Of a stretch of 64,000 nucleotides of DNA, positions 22,231 through 32,605 are shown piece by piece. Positions within the stretch are counted from its first letter, which is position 1. Every line of letters starts with the position of its first letter. Below the pieces are notes generated by a model. That model was given only the letters and a program-made list of their open reading frames with translations, was not told the DNA's origin and searched no databases. Source of the stretch: a virus (Duplodnaviria; Heunggongvirae; Uroviricota; Caudoviricetes); IMG/VR virus record IMGVR_UViG_2585427757_000006; one strand, written 5' to 3'. The translations under genes were made by a program, and so were the position numbers.

Positions 22231-24546
22231 TCAGATTTTGCAGGCTCCGTCGCACTCATCTTCTGGCTCGACGGCTACAGCTTGCGCCAGTGGATTCTGC
22301 GGTTCGTCGTCATCACGCTTTCCTGCACCATCTCTGGTGTTGTGGTAGTAAAGCGTTTTAACTCCCATCTTGTAGGCGAGAAGCAAATCTGACAGTAGCG
22401 TCATCATTGGGACTTTATCGCCTTCAAAGCGAGAAGGGTCATAGTTGGTATTGGCTGAAATAGCCTGGTCAAAGAACTTCTGGATGATCGCCACCTTTGT
22501 CAGATAGCCGCGGTTGTCCGGCATATCCCACAGGTATTCATACTGTTCCTTCAGTTTTTCAAACTCAGGCACGACCATCTTAACGATGCCGTCCTTAGAA
22601 GATTTCACCGACACCGGGCCACGAGGCGGTTCGATGCCGTTGGTGGAATTAGTGATCTGGCTGGAAGTCTCGCATGGCATTTGTGCCGTCAGTGTGGAGT
22701 TGCGAAGGCCGTATTTTGCAATACGTTCACGCAGTTCTTCCCACGGCATCTTTAACTCAAAGTTGGTTTCGCCACTTTCGTCTAATGAAGAACGGTAATG
22801 GTCGATCGGCAACTGACCAATTGCGTATTTGGTCTGCTCAAACCAGTCACACTCACCTTTTGCTTCAGCAAGTCGGCAGCTGGCATCAAGAAGGTAATAC
22901 TGGATAGCTTCGAATGTTTCATGCACCAGTTTATTGCCAGCGGTATCAGAATAACGAACGCCATTCTTTGCCAGGTAATAAGCAAAGTTGGTTACACCAA
23001 TTCCCAAGCTACGACGAGCTTTGGCAGGCACTTCGGCTGCCTCCATCGGATAGTCTTGATAATCCAGTAACGAATCCAGTGCAGCAACGGCATAGAACGC
23101 CACCTCTTTAAGAGACTCCAGTGAACGGATGGCTCCGAGGTTAAAAGCGGATAAAGTGCATAGCGCGATCTCACCGTTCGGGTCGTCGGTAAATGCCAGT
23201 GGACGGGTGGGTAGGGTGATCTCCATACACAGGTTTGACTGGCGGACAGGTGCAAGAGCAGGAATGAAAGCGCCATGCTCATTAATATGATCGACGTTCG
23301 CAATATAAATTCGGCCCGTGGACGCTCGTTCCTGCATCAGAGATGAGAACAGCTCAATGGCAGGTACTGACTTCTTGCGAATTGAATCATCGGCTTCGTA
23401 TTTATGGTACAGCTTTTCAAACAGCTCCTGGTCTGTGAAGAAGGCTTCGTACATATCAGGCACATCATGCGGGCTGAACAGAGTGATGTTCTCGCTTCTG
23501 ACGAGTCGACGGTACATTAGACGGTTACTCATGACGCCGTAATCAAGATGGCGAACGCGGTTTTCATCAATACCACGGTTATTTTTCACCACCAGCAGAC
23601 TTTCAACTTCAAGATGCCAGATCGGGTAAAACGCTGTTGCTGCGCCACCACGAACACCACCTTGCGAACAAGATTTAACAGCCGTCTGGAAATGCTTCAG
23701 GAATGGAATAACTCCGGTATGGGTGGCTTCACCATTGCGGATCTCGCTGCCCAGCGCACGGATACGGCCAAAACCAATACCAATTCCAGCACGACGTGAA
23801 ACGTAGTCGATAATTGCGGCTGAAGCTGCACTAATCCCTTTCAGACTATCGCCAGACTCAATCAGCACACAACTGGAGAACTGACGGGTTGGAGTACGGA
23901 CGCCGGCCATGATTGGTGTGGGCAGAGACAGTTTGAACGTACTTGTAACGTCATAGAAACCTTTGACCATCTCCATACGTGTTTTGCCAGCGCAGTCGTC
24001 TTCCCAATTCTGGAACAGACACATGCCTACCAGCATATAGATATGTTGCGGCCCCTCATGAATCTCACCAGTAACACGGTTTTGAACGAGGTATTTGCTT
24101 TGCAACTGCACCGTAGCTGCATAGCCAAAAAGATCGTCACGTTTCGGCTTAATGTAATTGCCGAGTTCTTCGATCTCTTCAAACGAATAATGTGTCAGCA
24201 AATCCTTGTCATAAACGCCCTTGTTAACGTTCTTGACAATGTGTTGGTAGAAGTTCGGATAGTCGTAACGACCGAAGGCATCTTTGCGGATTTTAAAAAT
24301 GTTCAGGCGGGCAGCCACCTGTGAGTAATTTGGTGCTTCTGGTGAGATCAAATCAGCGGCAGATTTAACCAAAGCCTCATGCAACTGGCTGGTGGTCATC
24401 CCATCAAAAATGCTGGCCGCAGCTCCCATTGCTACAGCGGATGCGCTTACACCACGAATGCCTTCTACGCCATACATTACGACGCGGTTGTATTTTTCTT
24501 CGGATAACGGCTCTGTTTGGCCGTTACGTTTTACGATGCTTATCAT
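22231..24546 (-). CDS. nrdA: ribonucleotide reductase class Ia alpha subunit
   Basis: 771 aa; N-terminal ATP-cone MISIVKRNGQTEPL, catalytic NLCMEI and C-terminal CxxC tail. Confidence 0.9.
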   Translation of the reverse strand: MISIVKRNGQTEPLSEEKYNRVVMYGVEGIRGVSASAVAMGAAASIFDGMTTSQLHEALVKSAADLISPEAPNYSQVAARLNIFKIRKDAFGRYDYPNFYQHIVKNVNKGVYDKDLLTHYSFEEIEELGNYIKPKRDDLFGYAATVQLQSKYLVQNRVTGEIHEGPQHIYMLVGMCLFQNWEDDCAGKTRMEMVKGFYDVTSTFKLSLPTPIMAGVRTPTRQFSSCVLIESGDSLKGISAASAAIIDYVSRRAGIGIGFGRIRALGSEIRNGEATHTGVIPFLKHFQTAVKSCSQGGVRGGAATAFYPIWHLEVESLLVVKNNRGIDENRVRHLDYGVMSNRLMYRRLVRSENITLFSPHDVPDMYEAFFTDQELFEKLYHKYEADDSIRKKSVPAIELFSSLMQERASTGRIYIANVDHINEHGAFIPALAPVRQSNLCMEITLPTRPLAFTDDPNGEIALCTLSAFNLGAIRSLESLKEVAFYAVAALDSLLDYQDYPMEAAEVPAKARRSLGIGVTNFAYYLAKNGVRYSDTAGNKLVHETFEAIQYYLLDASCRLAEAKGECDWFEQTKYAIGQLPIDHYRSSLDESGETNFELKMPWEELRERIAKYGLRNSTLTAQMPCETSSQITNSTNGIEPPRGPVSVKSSKDGIVKMVVPEFEKLKEQYEYLWDMPDNRGYLTKVAIIQKFFDQAISANTNYDPSRFEGDKVPMMTLLSDLLLAYKMGVKTLYYHNTRDGAGKRDDDEPQNPLAQAVAVEPEDECDGACKI

Positions 24547-24619
24547 GTATCACCAAATAAAGAGGGCCACTAAATATAGTGGCCCATGTTAATAGATAAG
24601 CACTTACCTATCAATGAAA

Positions 24620-25189
24620 TCAAATGAGAGACTTAAGAACATCGCGCACCTGGCGGAACTGATCTGTTTGCATACCGGTATGGATGACAGCCACCGCATC
24701 AGCCAAATGTTCGTTTTTGTTCACGAGAACATCCTGTCCAGATTGCTTACGACGCAGCCACGGTTCTTTAGGGTGTTTTTTCGTAGCCCACTGGATAATC
24801 TCTTCTTTCGATGTAGTAAGTTTATTGCCGACAAAATGCTTGATTTCGTTTGGAGTAACCTGGATCAATGGCTTATCCACACACGCAAGTACACCGATAC
24901 AAATACCGTAAGACGTCTGCGAACGAGAGTTTTGGCTCCCAACCGGTAGCTCACAAAAAACCATATTTGCCTTATCAATGATTGGCTTCGCAACACGCCA
25001 TATTTCACTGGCTCGGCGCAGATCGTCACTGTTCACACGAACGGTCTTTTTGTTACTCCCCGCTTTAGTCTCAACAAGAGTAAGGCCGTGAATCTCAAGT
25101 TCGTCCGTCTCAAGGTCTAAAGTGCCCACAGCAAGCCCAAAGTTGCTCATTGAGGGATCAACACCAACTACGCTGATTTTTTTACTCAT
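24620..25189 (-). CDS. RuvC-like Holliday junction resolvase
   Basis: VVGVDPS, FCELP, EHLADAVAVIHTG spacing resembles the RuvC catalytic acidic residues. Confidence 0.55.
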   Translation of the reverse strand: MSKKISVVGVDPSMSNFGLAVGTLDLETDELEIHGLTLVETKAGSNKKTVRVNSDDLRRASEIWRVAKPIIDKANMVFCELPVGSQNSRSQTSYGICIGVLACVDKPLIQVTPNEIKHFVGNKLTTSKEEIIQWATKKHPKEPWLRRKQSGQDVLVNKNEHLADAVAVIHTGMQTDQFRQVRDVLKSLI

Positions 25190-25198
25190 ATAGTCTCC

Positions 25199-25942
25199 TT
25201 ACCATGTTCCCCATATAGGGTTTTCCAATAATCTCGCCTCCAACGAATTGGCTACTATTGCCGTTTGCAACGTTGGTTGGGGATAGTTTGCAAAGTCTGA
25301 ATACTCATTTTCCTGCGTGACACGTTTATCTGCGGTATGTTTAACACCACTTGCTATGAAATGACGCATGATGCCCAACAGCCTCCGACTGTCTGCACTA
25401 TCGTTTGCTAAAACATGAGGGAGCTGAAGTTCGATTTCTACCATTTCTCCATACTTACCAACAAACTGTAGTTTGTCCGCACTGTACTTTTTATCCCTCC
25501 TTTGGATAAGGAAACCAGTAAAAGCATCACCTGGCGATGCCAAACTATCCACCCGCTTATTGGCAAGTCGAATAAGGTTCGTGAAAGCCATACAGTGATG
25601 CGCACCCATTCCCCCAAAGAACCCTTCGCTATTAATGTTAAGATCTTCAGTTTCATGGGATGCAATAAACCCAGGCCCGACGTTGGGAAGATATCCCCCC
25701 TCAACAAAAGGATTAATCAGGATCGGCGCAATACATCCAGGTGGTAGTGATTTCAAACTTTGCATCAATGGTGTCTCGGATATTAGACCAAGCAACGCGG
25801 CGAATTGTACTCCGTCAATATTGTTGCTGCCCCATAGAATACGTGGAGCCGCACCATTGGAAGTATGCCCATTGATCAGTTTTATCGACTGCATCACTGC
25901 AAATACCTGCAAAAACTGCGAGCGGCTTAATTTAAACGACAT
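25199..25942 (-). CDS. hypothetical protein
   Basis: 247-aa ORF overlapping sbcC-like stop. Confidence 0.4.
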   Translation of the reverse strand: MSFKLSRSQFLQVFAVMQSIKLINGHTSNGAAPRILWGSNNIDGVQFAALLGLISETPLMQSLKSLPPGCIAPILINPFVEGGYLPNVGPGFIASHETEDLNINSEGFFGGMGAHHCMAFTNLIRLANKRVDSLASPGDAFTGFLIQRRDKKYSADKLQFVGKYGEMVEIELQLPHVLANDSADSRRLLGIMRHFIASGVKHTADKRVTQENEYSDFANYPQPTLQTAIVANSLEARLLENPIWGTW

Positions 25943-27848
25943 AGCTGCGCCCCTCTTTAACTTCCAGCGTAATAGTTTCCCGGAACCATGACTTCATCTC
26001 TTTATGGGAGATAATCAGCACAGTACCTCGCTCGCGAGCTTTGGACTCCAGAATACCCATGAGGCGTTCAAGACCGGCTGTATCGAGTGCATCGTCAATT
26101 TCGTCGCCGATAAACAAATCGATGTTTTTACTCGCCCGGTTACTAACCAGATCCTGCAATGCCAAAGAACACGCAATGCGAACCTTCCGCTTCTCACCAC
26201 CAGAGAGGGTTTGGAACGACTTACTTGAACCTTTCTTCTGCACACTAATGTTGAATTTGTCGCGATACTCACCTTTTTTAGTGACATCCATCGTCGACCA
26301 CTCAGCAGTAATATTCCCGTCAGACAACGTATTGAGATACTCGGCAGTGCGTGTATTCAGGAAAGGCGTAACAGACGTCAAAATATGAGAACGCACCCCG
26401 GCAGGAGAGTAGACCTGACGAGCTTTTTCCAATAGCAACGTTTGTTCCTGAATAGCCTTCAACTCATCTTTTAAGGACTTGAAGGTAGACTTACTGGATA
26501 CCAGGTTATCTTCGTGTCTGGCGATAAGAGCAATAAACGGATTAATCTCTTTTGATATACGATCGACCTCAGTACGAGCACGAGTCACAAGAGACTCAAT
26601 AGCAACAACCTCCTTCTCACGATGACGCAAAGATGAGAGTTGTTTCGTAAGCTCTTCAATCCGGGCAATGATAGCCGTTACATCAGGTGTCGTTTTAACA
26701 AGGGCAGACTCAATGCTTAACGCTTTCTCAAGATTCGTTTTGTGTTTAGCCATTGCCTCTGCAAGTGTCTTCGCCTGACCAATTTCCTGACGTGCTTGTT
26801 CAATGAAATTCTCCTTCACCGTTGATAGATCTTCTTCGCAGTAGGCTTTGCCACAAGTAGGGCATGGTGATCCCACTTTAGTACCAACCTCTTCTGCTTT
26901 GGTCTTAAAATTACGCGCGCGGCTCATTGCATCAGCCTGACTATTTTCTGTAGCTTTGATGCTTGCCCGAATATCAGTTATCGCACCACGAACTTTGAGC
27001 AACTTGGCGTCATGTTCTTCTTTTGAGGCTAACTTTTTGCGCTCACTTTCGATTGCCTTCTCGGTATCACGGATCTGTTCGGGAAGAGTGCGGATCTCAA
27101 GTTCAACTTCCGTTAACTCAACTTCGGCACTGGCCAGCCCAGCCAGGGCATCGTCATAACGTTTAGAACGCTCTTGCTCCCATGATTCAGAGGAGGCTTT
27201 CGCTGACTCAATTTCTGACTGTGTTGCCTCAATGGTCGAGATTGTCGACTCCAATTTGGTTTTAACCACATCCATACGTGCGGCAGCTGCATTAGCTCGC
27301 TCACGAGCAATAGCGTAGGCGCGTGTCAGTCTGTCAACGCCAGCGGCTTCTTCTACGATGGTTTTGAGGTTTTTGTCGGACATTCCAGGTAAATCTGGCA
27401 TAGCTTCTTGGCTCGCATAGATGGAAGCCATGAAAACCTCTTTAGATGCACCGATCAGACGCTCGACGAACTCTTGCGTCAGCGCATCTTTGCCTTTCGT
27501 CATATCGCCGTCTTCACCACGAACGATAAGCCGATTTTTGAACTCTTTGTGTTTACGGTGACGAATGATCGCATATCTCTTGCCTTCATCCTCGATGGTT
27601 ACTGCAACACGACAGTTCTTTTCATGGTCGGTAGACAACACATCGTCCCCCTTCACACCATGAGCTGTTTCGCCATAAAGACACCACATCAGGCTATTCA
27701 TTAGCGTTGACTTTCCAGAGCCATTACTTGATGCGGAACTATCATCACTATTAACACCCTGAATGAGCACTAAACCACGCTGATCTAACTCGACCTCCGC
27801 GCTGGCGATAGCCATAAAATTCTCAACCTGGAGCTTTAAAAACTTCAT
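25932..27848 (-). CDS. SbcC/Rad50-like recombination ATPase
   Basis: Walker A NGSGKST, long coiled-coil with CPTCG zinc hook, signature LSGGEKRKV, Walker B LFIGDEIDD. Confidence 0.8.
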   Translation of the reverse strand: MKFLKLQVENFMAIASAEVELDQRGLVLIQGVNSDDSSASSNGSGKSTLMNSLMWCLYGETAHGVKGDDVLSTDHEKNCRVAVTIEDEGKRYAIIRHRKHKEFKNRLIVRGEDGDMTKGKDALTQEFVERLIGASKEVFMASIYASQEAMPDLPGMSDKNLKTIVEEAAGVDRLTRAYAIARERANAAAARMDVVKTKLESTISTIEATQSEIESAKASSESWEQERSKRYDDALAGLASAEVELTEVELEIRTLPEQIRDTEKAIESERKKLASKEEHDAKLLKVRGAITDIRASIKATENSQADAMSRARNFKTKAEEVGTKVGSPCPTCGKAYCEEDLSTVKENFIEQARQEIGQAKTLAEAMAKHKTNLEKALSIESALVKTTPDVTAIIARIEELTKQLSSLRHREKEVVAIESLVTRARTEVDRISKEINPFIALIARHEDNLVSSKSTFKSLKDELKAIQEQTLLLEKARQVYSPAGVRSHILTSVTPFLNTRTAEYLNTLSDGNITAEWSTMDVTKKGEYRDKFNISVQKKGSSKSFQTLSGGEKRKVRIACSLALQDLVSNRASKNIDLFIGDEIDDALDTAGLERLMGILESKARERGTVLIISHKEMKSWFRETITLEVKEGRSYVV

Positions 27849-28077
27849 ATAACACCTTTGATACCGTGTGTTAGCTTTTGACCTTCTTTCAATCTGAACT
27901 CCGTATGCGCCGGGAAGGATCTGCGCCTCAATACGCCTTTTCTGGTTAACCTTCCAAGATAAAACGCTACGGGATTTCCTTGTGGCGGGTAGGGCTTGTG
28001 AAACATCACCGTCTGGCCTCGTTCAAGTCTTTTCATCGTGATGGCAAAGTCTCGAAAGCTCCCATAACGACTTTGCC

Positions 28078-29163
28078 TCACACAGCCTCCGAACTCTCCG
28101 CTTCGGTGAGGATTTCCTGACACAAAATATCCAACTTGCTCAGATCAAATCCGCCGTCAGTATCGTGGACAATCTTGCAATAAGCAGATACCGACTCTCC
28201 CAGGCTATCGATTTTGCTGGTTTCCGTTGTGCTTGCTGTCCCTTCCATCATTGATGACTTACGGATGAAGTTGCACACGACACCTTTTGCACCCATTGTT
28301 TTGAGGATGTTCTGGTACTTAATGCCTTCTTCATCGTTCTCAATTACGGCGCGGAAACGCACGTAGTTGCCGCGAATTTGGTCATCGGCAACATAATCTT
28401 CCAGGTTAATGAATTTAGGCGCACTGGTTTCGTAGTGACTGAAACTGCCGTCCGGGTTTACGATCATGTAACCAGCCAGAGATCCAACATCTCCCCAATT
28501 TTGATGGGTCAGCGCACCGACACTGATAACTCCAGGAATGACCTCTTTGTGGTTGTGGTAATGCCCACTAAGCACGAGACGAAAGCCGATATCCTTTAAC
28601 TCCTGCGCATCGATACCGACGTCAGGCATTGTTGGAATGGCTTTGTTAATGGATGTATGGATAACAACGTCATGGTTATCACCTTCTACGCTCTTACGTA
28701 ATGCTTTCAGATCGCTGATAAGCTCCGCATGATTGTTACGCCAGCTAATCAGGTGGACAGTCACATCACCAATTTTTATTGAGTGTGGGCGCTTGCCACA
28801 TACGATTACCACGCCGATAGAACTCAGCGATGCTGCTGCGTTGGCGCTATATACTGAATCGTTGGTTTCAAGATCGTGATTACCGGCCAGCATTACTACT
28901 GTCAGATCAAGCTCGTTGATAATCCACTTGTACGTTTCAGTTACGTAATGCAAAACAGAAGGGGACACAGTTCCTCGGACGTGAAATGTATCACCGGCAA
29001 CCAACATGTACTTACAACCGGCCTTCTTCATGGCGATGGCTGCTTCTTTCGTTGCTTCCAACTGTATTTCAAGTCTGGAGTTAAGCCCCTCTGCGTTCGT
29101 CGTGGAGAACGCATCCCATTTGTGGTAGTGGCAGTCAGAAATGACGCCGTATGGCAAAGTCAT
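28078..29163 (-). CDS. SbcD/Mre11-like nuclease
   Basis: Calcineurin-like phosphoesterase motifs DCHYH, GDTFH, GNHD, GHYH. Confidence 0.8.
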   Translation of the reverse strand: MTLPYGVISDCHYHKWDAFSTTNAEGLNSRLEIQLEATKEAAIAMKKAGCKYMLVAGDTFHVRGTVSPSVLHYVTETYKWIINELDLTVVMLAGNHDLETNDSVYSANAAASLSSIGVVIVCGKRPHSIKIGDVTVHLISWRNNHAELISDLKALRKSVEGDNHDVVIHTSINKAIPTMPDVGIDAQELKDIGFRLVLSGHYHNHKEVIPGVISVGALTHQNWGDVGSLAGYMIVNPDGSFSHYETSAPKFINLEDYVADDQIRGNYVRFRAVIENDEEGIKYQNILKTMGAKGVVCNFIRKSSMMEGTASTTETSKIDSLGESVSAYCKIVHDTDGGFDLSKLDILCQEILTEAESSEAV

Positions 29164-29417
29164 GTGTTTTTCCTTTGTGGTTATTTTGATACAAATTTTA
29201 AGAGCAATGAGAAGGTAAACAACTATGCATAACGGTATGTTAGGAATGAAACGAGCGTCTTAATATACAAAACTTATAAGTAAGTATATACCTATTTATT
29301 GTGGCGCAACTTTGCTTGTCTGTATGACTAAAAATAAGACAGGATCACTGTAGAACGCTATGAGAGCTATTTTGAGGAGGCGTAGATTCTATCTACGCCA
29401 ATATACGATCTGGAGGG

Positions 29418-30062
29418 TTACAGCGCGTCAGTGGGCTTTTTACGCGCTGCGTTTATGCTTATGACGCCAGCTTTTGGACGTGGGTCAACAAGGTTAAGCT
29501 CTTCTTCGCTGTGGTATTCGAGGTCGAACTCACGTTTTACATGTCTGATGTAGATTGCGGTGAGCAGGCTATCTTTGGTCAGAAAGTGTCCGTAGGATTT
29601 GCGGATCACTTCTTCTACCTTCTCGATTTTCTCACCACCCATACAGAGATGATTAAACCGGCTGTGTTTCCGCAACATTTCGTCTACTGGGCCTGAGTAA
29701 ACCTTGTCTACTTTCCCAAAACGGATGATTTTCCCTGTGTCTGCGGATACGAGGCAAATCAGCTTGTCTGGTGATAAACGATCTCGCCACGTCACACCTG
29801 AACGGAGTGTGTTGAAGTAGGGAGCATCCAATCCGATGATCGGTTTACGAAATGCGAGTAATGGAACGTACCTGATGCAACTGTTTAAATGAAAATTCAC
29901 ACCAGCCTTATCAAGTTTAATTCTGGTTTCGTAGATCGGGCACTTCGCCGCTATACCGCAGATGTCACAAAGCAACTTCTGCTTATTCAGGTTGGAATTT
30001 GATTCGATAGTGTAGGAGCCGTCTTCAAGACGACGAACCCAGCGCGTGCGTTTTAGATCCAT
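29418..30062 (-). CDS. hypothetical protein
   Basis: 214-aa ORF. Confidence 0.4.
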   Translation of the reverse strand: MDLKRTRWVRRLEDGSYTIESNSNLNKQKLLCDICGIAAKCPIYETRIKLDKAGVNFHLNSCIRYVPLLAFRKPIIGLDAPYFNTLRSGVTWRDRLSPDKLICLVSADTGKIIRFGKVDKVYSGPVDEMLRKHSRFNHLCMGGEKIEKVEEVIRKSYGHFLTKDSLLTAIYIRHVKREFDLEYHSEEELNLVDPRPKAGVISINAARKKPTDAL

Positions 30063-30140
30063 ATGTCATTTTTCTGTGATTGTTAGCCGAGGCAACGATA
30101 ACCCACCAGGTGCGCCGAAGGTAGTAAATGCCTGTTTTAA

Positions 30141-30365
30141 TTATTCACATATCCACAGGATAGATCCTAATAAAGAGATCCATAGATAGATCCTTATATA
30201 GATCAAATAAGATCCCCGATCGCTGTAAGCCGCGCCACGACTGGTCTGAAGTCATGTTCATGTATGCTGTCAGCGGTAATTGATAGTCTGTCAGCGGTTC
30301 ACCGTATGCTGCCAACTGTTTTTGGTATTCTGTCAGCGGCAAATCAAGTATGCTGTCAGCGGTTG
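30141..30365 (+). promoter_or_regulatory. plasmid replication origin (oriR-like): DnaA-box-like 9-mers, GATC cluster, five iterons
   Basis: ttattcaca and atatccaca 9-mers; six GATC within 30160-30222 in agatcc heptamers; five copies of atgctgtcagcggt-like iteron up to the repA SD. Confidence 0.75.
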
Positions 30366-30383
30366 AATGACAAAGGTGTCCAC

Positions 30384-31478
30384 ATGTCCACAAAAAATAA
30401 AAAAGGTAAAAATAACAAAGAAGTAGAAGATAACATCGACAACTTTGAAGAAGGTTCCCTTGAATTGTACACAGGGGAACTTGTCCCTAATAGCAACAAT
30501 ACAGTCCAACCAATTGCGTTGATGCGACTGGGGTTGTTCGTCCCCACGCTTAAGGGAACAAAATACAGTAAACGTAACAAGCCAAATGAGATCGATGCTT
30601 CAAAGGAGCTTGTCCAGCTCGAAGTAGCCCGTTCTGAAGGCTATTCCGATATCAAGATAACCGGTCCTCGTCTCGACATGGATCATGATTTCAAAACGTG
30701 GGTGGGCGTTGTGCGTTCGCTGGCAGAATACGGCGAACCTAACGGTCGTGTCGAGTTAAGCATCACGAAATTTGCGAAGTTTTGTGGCTATCCATCGTCA
30801 CAGATCCGCAAAACACTCCGCGACCGGCTTACAAACAGTCTTTTGAAGATCATGCGTACAACTCTGTCTTTCCAGAGAACGTATGAAGAAAAGAACGTCG
30901 ACGGCTCTAACAAGATCTCGCTTCTGATGGTGCACCTCATCAATAGCGTGGACTACAACGAGCAGAAAGATACGGTGGTGTTCTATGCAGAACCGAAGCT
31001 GGCCGAACTATATCGCTTTGACCATAAGGTTCTTTTGCAGTTAAAGGTTATCAATAAGCTACCACGCAAAGAAACAGCACAGGCTCTGTACACCTTCATC
31101 GAAAGTCTTCCAACCAAGCCTGCGCCGGTATCGCTTGCTCGATTGCGTGCGCGACTCAATTTGAGTAGCAGGAATGTCAGCTCGCAGAATCAGACTATAC
31201 GTAACGGCTTAAAAGCTCTCCAAGATTTGGGCTATCTCGAATACAGCGAGATTAAGCGTGGGCGGTCGATCTATATCCAGATTCACAGCCGCAATCCAAA
31301 ACTCAAAGTCGCACCGCCAAAACCTGAAGACATCGAACCCAAAAAACCAGATGAGAAAGCCGGGGAAATTGATGCCAAACAGAACATTATCAATAAGATA
31401 ACCGAACTTTCGCAGAATTTGACGCCTGAAAATATCAAGATGATTGAGATCCTTTCCAATAGTCTCAAACTGCTTTGA
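30384..31478 (+). CDS. repA: iteron-binding replication initiator RepA (P1/RepFIB-like)
   Basis: NSNNTVQPIALMRLGLFVP, GYSDIKITGPRLDMDHDFKTW, YTFIESLP, HSRNPKLK resemble P1-type RepA; start set at MSTKN with SD aggtg; track ORF 5-prime part is read-through of iterons. Confidence 0.85.
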   Translation: MSTKNKKGKNNKEVEDNIDNFEEGSLELYTGELVPNSNNTVQPIALMRLGLFVPTLKGTKYSKRNKPNEIDASKELVQLEVARSEGYSDIKITGPRLDMDHDFKTWVGVVRSLAEYGEPNGRVELSITKFAKFCGYPSSQIRKTLRDRLTNSLLKIMRTTLSFQRTYEEKNVDGSNKISLLMVHLINSVDYNEQKDTVVFYAEPKLAELYRFDHKVLLQLKVINKLPRKETAQALYTFIESLPTKPAPVSLARLRARLNLSSRNVSSQNQTIRNGLKALQDLGYLEYSEIKRGRSIYIQIHSRNPKLKVAPPKPEDIEPKKPDEKAGEIDAKQNIINKITELSQNLTPENIKMIEILSNSLKLL

Positions 31479-32010
31479 TATGCTGTCAGCGGTGAAATGT
31501 ATGCTATCAGCGGCTATTTTTCTGAAAAGTATGCTGTGAACGGTTAAAGATATGCTACCAGCGGTATAGTGAGATGAACGTATGCTGTGAGCGGTAAATC
31601 ATCTATCACCACTCAATGCTCTGCCATACCTCCCCAGTGGTTACTAACCTCGAAGAGTGCATTCCATATAGGTTTGCGCTCACTAACATTCTATTGCTAT
31701 TGCGCTGATTGCTTGTAGTGAAAGGCATTTATTGCCTGCTACTCCCTGATAGAATGTATGCTGTCAGCGGTGTTTTATTGAGGAATTTTTGTTTGGATAT
31801 GCTATCAGCGGTAATTAATGGTATATGTCAGACCTTCGTATGCTGCCAGCGGTAATTTTGTTCTGGTTATACCCATACCGGGACACATTATTCATGCAAT
31901 GTCTTAAGTATGCTGTCAGCGGTAAAAAATCGAGTAAAGTATGCTGTGAGCGGTGAGATAGACTCTCGATATGCTATCAGCGGTAGTTGATTGTGTATGC
32001 TGTCAGCGGT
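31478..32010 (+). repeat. incA-like iteron array downstream of repA, about 12 copies in two clusters
   Basis: Repeated tatgctgtcagcggt and variants (gctatcagcgg, gctgtgagcgg, gctgccagcgg) with a 150-bp spacer. Confidence 0.85.
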
Positions 32011-32057
32011 GACGACTATGAAATATGACTGCGGAACGTGCCGCAGTCAGTTTGCAT

Positions 32058-32270
32058 TTAGTGTATTTTCTTTAACAGACCCCAAAGTGTTCCGGCTTTT
32101 GTAGTCAGTTTTCCTGTTTCTGGATCGTACATACGCCATTCACGCCGCTGGTGGACGATATACCCATCTTCACGTTCCAGACGCTCAAGAATGCCAGGCT
32201 GCTTGAAACCCTTAGCACGCCAGTAGCCGCTTGTTTTCTCGATTTCCAGACCTGCCAGTGTTAATGCCAT
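32058..32270 (-). CDS. hypothetical protein
   Basis: 70-aa ORF; start overlaps upstream stop. Confidence 0.35.
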   Translation of the reverse strand: MALTLAGLEIEKTSGYWRAKGFKQPGILERLEREDGYIVHQRREWRMYDPETGKLTTKAGTLWGLLKKIH

Positions 32271-32605
32271 TACCCAACCTCCTTGCAGTCATCGAAAAGG
32301 TAGCTGTCGTTCTTCGCGTGAACGCCGTATACATCACCCGATTTGTTGTAAACGAACCTATCTTTACCTACGCCAGATAGTTCGCCGTTACGTTTAGTGA
32401 GAAACGGGGAAGACAGGACGCGATCATCGCGTACCACATAAAACTGTTCGCCACGGTCCACAACCATCGCGCCGTAATTAGCTTTAACGGCGTTGCGGAT
32501 CAGGCCGTTTTTCGCTTCGACCACAAACATTTCGCACTCATAGACATGTGTGTCCGCAAAGACGGGGAGAGTGAGCAGCGCCAGTACCAGGGCTGTTTTC
32601 TTCAT
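32270..32605 (-). CDS. hypothetical secreted protein
   Basis: Signal peptide MKKTALVLALLTLPVFA; 111 aa. Confidence 0.45.
   Translation of the reverse strand: MKKTALVLALLTLPVFADTHVYECEMFVVEAKNGLIRNAVKANYGAMVVDRGEQFYVVRDDRVLSSPFLTKRNGELSGVGKDRFVYNKSGDVYGVHAKNDSYLFDDCKEVG

Noticed and set aside
22782-23303. Short ORFs on both strands inside nrdA
   Set aside because: Nested within a strongly supported coding region; no motifs.
30264-30383. 5-prime extension of the repA track ORF (MLSAVIDSLSAV...)
   Set aside because: This stretch is the origin iteron array read in frame; the true start is the ATG at 30384 with an SD.
31478-32010. Possible CRISPR array suggested by regularly repeated 15-bp units
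   Set aside because: The repeats are iterons flanking repA with variable spacing and degenerate copies, and there are no cas genes; the 31-bp tandem at 2459-2530 has no spacers.
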